Source: Patescibacteria group bacterium (GTDB lineage Bacteria > Patescibacteriota > Patescibacteriia > Magasanikbacterales > GWA2-37-8). From it: 44,042 bases of DNA. Positions 18,062 through 25,135 of the stretch are shown here, in pieces. The position numbers were made by a program, and so were the translations under genes. Numbering within the stretch: the first letter of the stretch is position 1; every line of letters begins with the position of its first letter. The notes beneath the pieces were generated by a model, which did no database searches, was not told the DNA's origin, and worked only from the letters and a program-made list of their open reading frames with translations. Location of the stretch: positions 1 through 44,042 of the forward strand of contig SCQK01000008.1 of NCBI GenBank assembly GCA_004321885.1, given 5' to 3'.

Positions 18062-18099
18062 AAAAATCCCCTCCGACGTAACGTCGGAGGGGATTTTGT
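18062..18099. terminator. Bidirectional terminator hairpin (aaatcccctccgacgtaacgtcggaggggattt), flanked by A7 and T4.
   Basis: It lies between the GIY-YIG gene (plus) and the small membrane-protein gene (minus). Confidence 0.5.
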
Positions 18100-18105
18100 T
18101 TATAG

Positions 18106-18510
18106 TTAAACCGTTTCTTTTTTGCGGATTATTCGCCAGTGAAAGGCGAAGAGCGGGATGCCGACGACAATCATTGATATGTCGCGCACCAGGTCGCGCT
18201 GGCGCTGGGCGGCGCGGTTTTCTTCAGCGTTCTTTTTTTCTTCATTTATTTGGGCGCATTCTTTTTCACCGGGTGAGCTGGTAACAATCTTTTTGATTTC
18301 GTCTTTGGGTGGGTTGCTTTCACAACCAGCCAAATGTGGCACATAGTAGTCAAATTTATCGGCTTTGGTGAAAACATACGTGCGCAGAAGCGTGTTTATA
18401 ATGTCGGCCGTGGAAAAAACCATCATCATCAGGGCGACGAAAGAAACCAGATAAAGATAAATATTTTTAATGACGTTGCCTTTACCCGGCGTTGTGTTTG
18501 GCGTGTCCAT
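18106..18510 (-). CDS. Small membrane protein of 134 aa with two TM segments.
   Basis: Hydrophobic N-terminal and C-terminal segments. It is flanked on both sides by P3 elements. Confidence 0.45.
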   Translation of the reverse strand: MDTPNTTPGKGNVIKNIYLYLVSFVALMMMVFSTADIINTLLRTYVFTKADKFDYYVPHLAGCESNPPKDEIKKIVTSSPGEKECAQINEEKKNAEENRAAQRQRDLVRDISMIVVGIPLFAFHWRIIRKKETV

Positions 18511-18521
18511 ATATCTTGTTT

Positions 18522-18608
18522 GTCATTGCGAGGAGGTCTGCAGACCGACGCGGCAATCCCAATGTTGAAAGGGATTGCTTCGGTCGCCACAGGCGACCTC
18601 GCAATGAC
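18522..18608. repeat. P3 MITE-like palindrome, an 'empty' copy with no cargo.
   Basis: It lies exactly between the trpS stop and the start of the 18106..18510 gene. Confidence 0.65.
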
Positions 18609-18611
18609 AGA

Positions 18612-19625
18612 TTAAAGTCCTATTAAATTTCTAACCCCTTCCATTGTTTTGTCCGCCACCTTTTGCGCTTTGGCCGCGCCGTCTCTCATTATCTTGTCCA
18701 GCTTGGCCGGATTTTTTAACAGCTCGGCGCGTTTGGCGCGGAAATCGGCGAAATAATTGGCAATCGCTTTGGCCAATTCGTCTTTCAGCTCACCGTATCT
18801 TATTGTGCCGTCCTTTTCCGCTTTGACAAATCTTTCGTAGCTGGATTCCCCCGTACTTAGTCGGGGGAATGACAGACCGGATTCGAACTTTTGCAGGAGC
18901 ATCAACAGGTTTATCACCCCGGGCGCTTGGCCGCCGCCTTCGGTGGCCGTCACGGCGCGTTTGATTTTTTGTTCTATCACGCCCGGCTCGTCAGCCATCT
19001 CAATCACGTGGTCGGCGCCCAAACTTTTGCTCATTTTTTTATTGGGTTCCAGCAAGCTCATTACTTTGGGCGTTTCGGTGAGCAGATGTTTTGTTTCCGG
19101 AAAATACGCCCCGTATTTTTTATTGAACCAGCGAGCAATGTCGCGGGTCAGCTCTACGTGTTGGATTTGGTCTTGGCCCACCGGCACCATTTCGCCTTTG
19201 TACATTAATATATCCGCCGCCTGCAAAATCGGATAGGTAAAAAGTCCGGCCGTGGACATTTTAAGTTGCGCTGTTTTGTCTTTATATTGAGTCATGCGCT
19301 CCAGTTCGCTCATCGGGGTGAGACAGTTCAAAATCCAGGCCAGCTCGGCGTGGCCGGCGATACGCGATTGAAAATAAAAAGTCGTTTTCTTCGGGTCAAT
19401 GCCGGCGGCCAAAAGTTCAGCGGCCGTTGTCCGCGTTTGCGCGCGCAGTTCGTCGGGTGTCATTTTTCCAGAAAGCGAATGCAGGTCGGCGATAAAAATA
19501 TACATTTCATACTTGCCCGAGTTTTGTAAATCCACCCAATTTTTTACCGCGCCCAAATAATTGCCGATATGCAGGTTGCCCGTGGGCTGAATGCCCGAGA
19601 CGATGATGTGTTTGTGATTGGACAT
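18612..19625 (-). CDS. trpS: Tryptophanyl-tRNA synthetase.
   Basis: HIGNYLG (HIGH-class) and KMSKS motifs. An in-frame P2-type hairpin at 18848-18871 encodes …SFPRLSTGES…. Confidence 0.9.
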   Translation of the reverse strand: MSNHKHIIVSGIQPTGNLHIGNYLGAVKNWVDLQNSGKYEMYIFIADLHSLSGKMTPDELRAQTRTTAAELLAAGIDPKKTTFYFQSRIAGHAELAWILNCLTPMSELERMTQYKDKTAQLKMSTAGLFTYPILQAADILMYKGEMVPVGQDQIQHVELTRDIARWFNKKYGAYFPETKHLLTETPKVMSLLEPNKKMSKSLGADHVIEMADEPGVIEQKIKRAVTATEGGGQAPGVINLLMLLQKFESGLSFPRLSTGESSYERFVKAEKDGTIRYGELKDELAKAIANYFADFRAKRAELLKNPAKLDKIMRDGAAKAQKVADKTMEGVRNLIGL

Positions 19626-19664
19626 ATTGGATATATTTTAGCTCATTAGCGGTCTTGGCGCAAC

Positions 19665-20135
19665 TTAGTAATGGTATTTACGTCCGCCGTTTATCATCAG
19701 CGCGCGGTAAATTTGCTCCAGCAAAAACACCCGGCACATTTGGTGCGTGAAAGTCAGGGGGGACAAAGAAAGCTCTAAATCGGCTTTTTGCCGGACGGAA
19801 GAATGTAGGCCGAGCGGTCCGCCGATAATAAAGGTGATATTTTTTCGCGTCTGTGTCTGGGAAAGCTGTTTTGCCAATTCGGTGGAAGAAAATTGTTTGC
19901 CGTGTTCGTCCAGGGCGATGATAAAATCATCCGTTTTCGGCAGGGCGTTTAAAATTTTGTCCGCTTCTTTTTGTTTTATCGTTTCCGGGCTGTCTTTTTC
20001 GCCAAAGGCCTCTTCTTTCAGTTCGCGGATTTCAATTTTCGTAAAAGGTTTCAACCGTTTTAAATATTCGGCTTCGGCCTCGCGCCAATACGATTCTTTC
20101 AGCTTGCCCAGGCAGATGATGTTAGTTTTTGGCAT
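19665..20135 (-). CDS. rlmH: 23S rRNA m3Psi1915 methyltransferase RlmH (SPOUT family).
   Basis: Collinear with RlmH (…IIGGPLGL…LTFTHQMCRVFLLEQIYRA…). Confidence 0.8.
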   Translation of the reverse strand: MPKTNIICLGKLKESYWREAEAEYLKRLKPFTKIEIRELKEEAFGEKDSPETIKQKEADKILNALPKTDDFIIALDEHGKQFSSTELAKQLSQTQTRKNITFIIGGPLGLHSSVRQKADLELSLSPLTFTHQMCRVFLLEQIYRALMINGGRKYHY

Positions 20136-21345
20136 ACGATTGCCATTCTTTTTTTAATTTCAAAAATTTGTCTTCGGCGATGGCCGCGCGGATTTGTTTC
20201 ATCAAATCCAAAAAGAAATGCAGATTGTGAATGGTGGCCAGGCGCATGGCCGAGAGCTCCCCGGCGTTAAAAAGATGGCGCAAGTAGGCGCGGGAATAAT
20301 GTTGGCAGGTGTGACAGGCGCAGTTTTTGTCTATCGGCTTGGCGTCGCTAGCGAACCGCGAGTTGGTGATGTTTATGCGATACCCCTCCCCAGCCCTCCC
20401 CTTATTAAGGGGAGGGAGAAAGAGCATGCCGTGGCGGGCCAAGCGGGTGGGGGCCACGCAGTCAAACATGTCTATGCCGCGTTCCACCACTTCAAAAATG
20501 TCCAAAGGCGACAGCCCCAGACCCATGCTGTAGTGGGGCTTGTCGGGCGGAAGCAGGGGGTAGACCCAATCCAAAATTTCTTTGGTCGCGGACATGTTGT
20601 AGCCGATAGATTCGCCGCCGACGGCGATGCCGTCAAAATCCATGGCGGAAATATGGCGCGCTGATTCTTCACGCAAGTCGCGGTGATTGGAGCCCTGGAC
20701 GATGCCGAAGAGATGTTGCCGATACCCCTCCCTCACCCTCCCCTTATAAAGGGGAGGGGATGATAGATGATATTCCAAACATCTTTTCGCCCATCTGTGC
20801 GTGCGTTCCATTGCTTCGCGCGCATACTTAGCATCAACATTGTCCGGCGCGCATTCGTCAAAGGCCATGATAATGTCCGCGTCCAGTTTGTGCTGGATTT
20901 TTATTGACGACTCGGGCGTGAAGCGATGCGTGGAGCCGTCTATGTGGCTTTTGAAGGTGACACCGTCCTTGTCTATTTTCGCCAAACGCTCTTTGCGAAA
21001 CTCCACCCCTTGTCCCTCCCCTAATAGGGGAGGAATTTGTTTGCCCAAACTGAAAACCTGGAATCCGCCGCTGTCGGTAAGCATTGGTCTGTCCCAATTC
21101 ATGAATTTGTGCAAGCCGCCCAGTTTGGCGACAATATCTTCGCCCGGGCGTAGATGCAAATGGTAAGTGTTTCCTAAAATTATTTGCGCGTTCAAATCGC
21201 GCAAATCAAAAGAATCCAGGGATTTTACGGTCGCTTGCGTGCCCACGGGCATGAAAGACGGTGTTTCAATGTCGCCGTGCTCGGTATGAATTACGCCCGT
21301 CCGCGCTCGGCTGTTTTTGTCTTGATGAAACGTTTCAAAAAACAT
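20122..21345 (-). CDS. tgt: Queuine tRNA-ribosyltransferase (tRNA-guanine transglycosylase). It carries three in-frame palindromic-element insertions.
   Basis: Full-length Tgt similarity including the zinc site CxCxxC…H (CACHTCQHYSRAYLRHL). The insertions encode [25 protein letters not shown] and PPLLGEGQG. Confidence 0.9.
   Translation of the reverse strand: MFFETFHQDKNSRARTGVIHTEHGDIETPSFMPVGTQATVKSLDSFDLRDLNAQIILGNTYHLHLRPGEDIVAKLGGLHKFMNWDRPMLTDSGGFQVFSLGKQIPPLLGEGQGVEFRKERLAKIDKDGVTFKSHIDGSTHRFTPESSIKIQHKLDADIIMAFDECAPDNVDAKYAREAMERTHRWAKRCLEYHLSSPPLYKGRVREGYRQHLFGIVQGSNHRDLREESARHISAMDFDGIAVGGESIGYNMSATKEILDWVYPLLPPDKPHYSMGLGLSPLDIFEVVERGIDMFDCVAPTRLARHGMLFLPPLNKGRAGEGYRINITNSRFASDAKPIDKNCACHTCQHYSRAYLRHLFNAGELSAMRLATIHNLHFFLDLMKQIRAAIAEDKFLKLKKEWQSYAKN
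20384..20421. repeat. P1 palindromic element, in-frame in tgt.
   Basis: cccctccccagccctcccc-ttattaa-ggggagggagaaag. Confidence 0.75.
20725..20770. repeat. P1 palindromic element, in-frame in tgt.
   Basis: cccctccctcaccctcccc-ttataaa-ggggagggga. Confidence 0.75.
21003..21034. repeat. P1 palindromic element, in-frame in tgt.
   Basis: ccctcccc-taata-ggggagg. Confidence 0.7.
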
Positions 21346-21401
21346 ACTTTAACTAAATGGTAAGGTATTTTGCAGGTTATGGCAAGACATGGTATGCTTT
21401 T

Positions 21402-21489
21402 GTCATTGCGAGGACCCGCCCGGGGCGGGGACGAAGCAATCCCATTCATAAGCGCGAGAGATTGCTTCGGCCTACGGCCTCGCAATGAC
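21402..21489. repeat. P3 MITE-like palindrome in the tgt/uvrD divergent intergenic region.
   Basis: gtcattgcgag…cgaagcaatccc … gattgcttcgg…ctcgcaatgac. Confidence 0.65.
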
Positions 21490-21494
21490 AACCT

Positions 21495-23711
21495 GTGTAT
21501 ATGATTGATTTTTCCAGCGACCTCAATGACGAACAATTAAATGTCGTTCTTAATGGCGACGGCCCGTGCTTGGTGTTGGCCGGAGCCGGCAGCGGCAAGA
21601 CGCGCGCCATTGTTTACCGTGCGGCTTATCTTTTGGAACAGGGCGTGAAGCCGGAAAATATTTTGCTCGTGACTTTTACCAACAAGGCGGCAGGGGAGAT
21701 GAAAGAAAGGGTGCGCGGACTCACCGGCAACGAGGGCTTGCCCTGGGCCGGTACTTTTCACAGCATCGGCAACAGAATACTGCGCCACCACGCCATGGCT
21801 TTGGGTTACATGTCCAATTTTACGATTTTGGATTCCGATGACAGCGAGTCATTGATAAAAATTTGCGCGAAAGACTCCCACCCCCCCTCAATCCCCCCCT
21901 CGGGCAGGGGGGGAGGATGGACCGGTGGTAAATTTCCCTCGGCCGGTAATTTGCAGGCGATAATCAGCTTTTCTCGCAACGCGGAAATGGCGCTTGCTGA
22001 AGTGTTGGAAACGCGCTGGCCCCAGTATGAGATGTGGGCCGACCCCCTGGCGGAAATCGCCAAGGAATACGAAAAAAGAAAATTACAGGCCAACGCCATG
22101 GATTTTGACGACTTGCTGGTGAACTTTTCGCGTTTGCTAAACGACCCGAAGATTTTGAAAAAATATTCCGGGCAGTTTCAATATATTCTGGTTGACGAGT
22201 ATCAGGATACGAATAAAATTCAGGCGTCCATCGTGAAAAAATTGGCCACCGAGCACGGAAATATTTTGGTCGTTGGCGACGACGCGCAAAGCATTTATTC
22301 TTTCCGCGCGGCCGACATAGAAAACATCTTGCGTTTTGAAAAAGATTTTCCCAAAGCGAAAATTTTCAAGCTGGAAACCAATTACCGCAGTAGCCAGGAA
22401 ATTTTGGACGTGGCCAACAACGTCATCGCCAACAATCCAAAACAGATAAAAAAGGAATTACATACCCCTCCCCAACCCTCCCCTTATAAAGGGGAGGGAG
22501 ATAGCGTTTCCTCCCCCTTTATAAGGGGGAGGTTAGGTGGGGGTGTCAAGCCCGAACTGCATCCGAAAATTGACCAAAGCGACGAGGCAAATTTCGTGGC
22601 CGAGAAAATCGCTTCGCTGATTCGCGGCGGAGTGGAACCGACCGAGCTGGCCGTGCTTTTCCGCGCGGCGCATCACAGCCAGCAATTGGAGCTTGAACTA
22701 ATGCGCATAGGCATTGATTACGATTATCGCGGCGGCCTGCGCTTTTTTGAACGCTCGCACGTGAAAGACGCCCTGGCCTACTTGCGCATACTGAACAATC
22801 TGGCCGACACGACCGCCTGGCTGCGCGTGCTTTTGTTTGAAGACGGCATCGGTCCGGTGGCGGCCGGCAAAATCGTGGATTATATAAGGAAGGTGGAAAA
22901 CGTGGAAGAAGTGGCCAAGGCCGGAGAGGTTTTGGGCGACAAAGCGCAGACGGGCTGGAATAATTTTTTACAAATTTGGAACAGCTTGCTGAATGTGGGG
23001 CCGGGCAGTCCGGCGCAACTGGTGGAGGCGATTTTGGCTTCGCCTTACCGCGATCGGCTGGAAGACGATTTTGGCAACGGCAACCAGCGGGCCGAAGATT
23101 TGAAACAGCTGGCGATTTTCGCGCGCAAATACGAAAAGCTGGATGACTTTTTATCCGAGGCGGCTTTGCAAGAGGCGTTTAGCATGCAGAGGAAAAAAGA
23201 AAGCGCCAGCAAAGCGCACGAGGGAAAAATTGTTCTTTCTACTATACATCAGGCCAAGGGGCTGGAGTGGTCCGGCGTGTTTGTGATTAATTTGCTGGAC
23301 GGGCAGTTTCCCAACGAACGCGCTTTGCGGGAAAACGGCGGGCTGGAAGAAGAGCGGCGCTTGTTTTATGTGGCGGTTACCCGCGCCAAAAAATATTTGT
23401 ATTTGTCGTATCCGCTGGCCGGCCCGGCCCGAGGCGGACAAAGCGGGGGCTGGGGAGACAGCGCGTCCGCGCCGAGCTCGTTTTTGGGTGAAATCAGTCC
23501 GGATTTGCTGGAAGATAGTTCGCTATTGCTTAAGCCGAGTTCGGTTTTTGATTTCTCTTCCCTTGCTAAGGGGAGAGATAGTGAGGGGTCGATCACATAC
23601 GTGGACGACCCGGATGCCGAGACCCGCCCCCACACCAAAGATTTTGGTGTGGGGGCCCGTCCCTTCCGCTTCAAACCCGGCAGTTTTTTGCGCGACGTGG
23701 GAGATTTATAA
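21495..23711 (+). CDS. uvrD: UvrD/PcrA/Rep-family ATP-dependent DNA helicase. It carries four in-frame palindromic-element insertions.
   Basis: Walker A GAGSGKT and helicase motifs across the length. The start is a GTG at 21495 or an ATG at 21501. Confidence 0.9.
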   Translation: MYMIDFSSDLNDEQLNVVLNGDGPCLVLAGAGSGKTRAIVYRAAYLLEQGVKPENILLVTFTNKAAGEMKERVRGLTGNEGLPWAGTFHSIGNRILRHHAMALGYMSNFTILDSDDSESLIKICAKDSHPPSIPPSGRGGGWTGGKFPSAGNLQAIISFSRNAEMALAEVLETRWPQYEMWADPLAEIAKEYEKRKLQANAMDFDDLLVNFSRLLNDPKILKKYSGQFQYILVDEYQDTNKIQASIVKKLATEHGNILVVGDDAQSIYSFRAADIENILRFEKDFPKAKIFKLETNYRSSQEILDVANNVIANNPKQIKKELHTPPQPSPYKGEGDSVSSPFIRGRLGGGVKPELHPKIDQSDEANFVAEKIASLIRGGVEPTELAVLFRAAHHSQQLELELMRIGIDYDYRGGLRFFERSHVKDALAYLRILNNLADTTAWLRVLLFEDGIGPVAAGKIVDYIRKVENVEEVAKAGEVLGDKAQTGWNNFLQIWNSLLNVGPGSPAQLVEAILASPYRDRLEDDFGNGNQRAEDLKQLAIFARKYEKLDDFLSEAALQEAFSMQRKKESASKAHEGKIVLSTIHQAKGLEWSGVFVINLLDGQFPNERALRENGGLEEERRLFYVAVTRAKKYLYLSYPLAGPARGGQSGGWGDSASAPSSFLGEISPDLLEDSSLLLKPSSVFDFSSLAKGRDSEGSITYVDDPDAETRPHTKDFGVGARPFRFKPGSFLRDVGDL
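21877..21920. repeat. P1-variant palindrome, in-frame in uvrD (it encodes SHPPSIPPSGRGGGW).
   Basis: cccaccccccctcaatcccccc-tcgggca-gggggggagg. Confidence 0.65.
22465..22545. repeat. Two tandem P1 elements in opposite orientation, in-frame in uvrD (they encode PSPYKGEGDSVSSPFIRGRLGGGV).
   Basis: Copy a at 22465-22502 and copy b at 22509-22545. Confidence 0.75.
23555..23590. repeat. P1 element (CTCTC variant), in-frame near the uvrD C-terminus (it encodes SLAKGRDSEGS).
   Basis: ctcttccc-ttgctaa-ggggagag…gagggg. Confidence 0.65.
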
Positions 23712-23726
23712 AAAAGCCGGTAAATC

Positions 23727-23758
23727 TTGACAGATTTTAATAGAGTTGTATTATATAT
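23727..23758 (+). promoter_or_regulatory. Sigma70-like promoter (TTGACA, 16-17-nt spacer, TATTAT/TATATA) upstream of the AAA+ gene.
   Basis: A consensus -35 at 23727-23732. Confidence 0.45.
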
Positions 23759-23782
23759 ACATAAGTAAACTATACTTTATTT

Positions 23783-25012
23783 ATGCCAGGTAAAAATAAA
23801 CAATTATTTAGATATTTGGAGCAACAGATAACCCGTTTGTTAGCCAAAAAATACTCCTGTCTGATTTTGGGTCCGCGCCAGGTCGGCAAAACGACGCTAA
23901 TAAACAAAGCGCTTTCGGGACTTAAGAATAAGGTGGAATATTTTTTGCAAAATCCGGCCGAGCGCCAAGAGCTTGAAGCCAATCCGGGCAGAATTATTAG
24001 GCGTATTGAAGCGGAGCCGCGTCCGCCCTACGTATTCGTGGATGAGGCGCAAAAGGTCCCTGAAATTTTTGACGCCGCTCAATATTTGATAGATAAGCGG
24101 GCCGCCCAATTCATTTTTACCGGCTCCTCGGCTCGCAAGTTAAGGCGAAGCGGCGTTAATCTTTTGCCGGGAAGAATAAAAAGATATTATCTTGATCCGC
24201 TTACTTGGGGCGAACTGGGTTTGCTTAGAGGCAGCACAATTCGCCAGCTTAATATTGACAATATTAATAAAAGCACGAGTTTTAGTTTTGAGGATTCTTT
24301 GGTTTTTGGTTCCTTACCCGGAATTGTCAGCTTGCCTGAAAAAGAAAGGCGGGATTTTTTGAGATCTTACGCGGAAATTTATCTCGAGGAAGAGATTAGG
24401 GCCGAAGCGTTGTCCAGAAAGGTCGGCGCCTTTTCCAGATTTTTGGAGCTCGCGGCAGTCGAATCGGGCGGAAACCCGAATTTTTCCAAGCTTTCCAATG
24501 AATCGGGCGCGAGCCAGCCGGCGATCAAGGATTTTTATAAGATTTTGGAAGATACATTGATCGTTGAAAGAGTGGACCCGCTACTCAAAAACGCGCGCAA
24601 AAGAATTTTATCCACGCCGCGCTACTATTTTTTTGATATTGGCGCGCGGAATTCATTGTCTCGTTTCCCCCTTTCGCCCGGGTTGGTGAACGCGCAAAAG
24701 GGAACGTTGTTTGAGCACGCCGTTATCTTGGAAATAATCAGAAGAATAAGGGCGCTAAACAAGAATTACAAAGTTTGCTATTGGCGCACGGCGGGCGGGG
24801 CGGAAGTGGATTGCGTTATTGACGCCGGCGACGAGTTTATCCCGATCGAAATCAAGGATTCTCCATACGCGACGCGGTCTGATTTATTGGGGCTGAAAAG
24901 CTTTTTGGTTGATTATAAGAAATTCGCGCGGCACGGATACGTGGTTACTTTGGGTGGAAAAAAAGAGAAGCTGGAAAAAAATATCACGGCTGTTCCTTGG
25001 TTTGAATTGTAA
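23783..25012 (+). CDS. AAA+ ATPase of the DUF4143/AAA_14 family.
   Basis: Walker A LGPRQVGKTTL. The C-terminal region is typical of DUF4143 (restriction-endonuclease-like fold). Confidence 0.75.
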   Translation: MPGKNKQLFRYLEQQITRLLAKKYSCLILGPRQVGKTTLINKALSGLKNKVEYFLQNPAERQELEANPGRIIRRIEAEPRPPYVFVDEAQKVPEIFDAAQYLIDKRAAQFIFTGSSARKLRRSGVNLLPGRIKRYYLDPLTWGELGLLRGSTIRQLNIDNINKSTSFSFEDSLVFGSLPGIVSLPEKERRDFLRSYAEIYLEEEIRAEALSRKVGAFSRFLELAAVESGGNPNFSKLSNESGASQPAIKDFYKILEDTLIVERVDPLLKNARKRILSTPRYYFFDIGARNSLSRFPLSPGLVNAQKGTLFEHAVILEIIRRIRALNKNYKVCYWRTAGGAEVDCVIDAGDEFIPIEIKDSPYATRSDLLGLKSFLVDYKKFARHGYVVTLGGKKEKLEKNITAVPWFEL

Positions 25013-25028
25013 TGATGCGTAATCATTA

Positions 25029-25046
25029 ACAATTTTGTTAATAATC
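25029..25046. promoter_or_regulatory. Perfect palindrome ATTAACAA-TT-TTGTTAAT.
   Basis: An 8+8-bp inverted repeat upstream of the 786-aa gene. The same half-sites occur at 36988-37001. Confidence 0.35.
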
Positions 25047-25135
25047 GCGCGCCATTCCTGGCTTGGCGGAGCAGCTTTTTGCGGGGCGTGGGGGATCTTT
25101 AACTTTTGCGAGCGGGGTGGTAAAATTAATGAGGT

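Noticed and set aside
18871-18880. ggattcgaac, the reverse complement of a tRNA T-loop signature, inside trpS.
   Set aside because: No cloverleaf can be built around it. It sits in a continuous coding frame (…KFESGLSF…).
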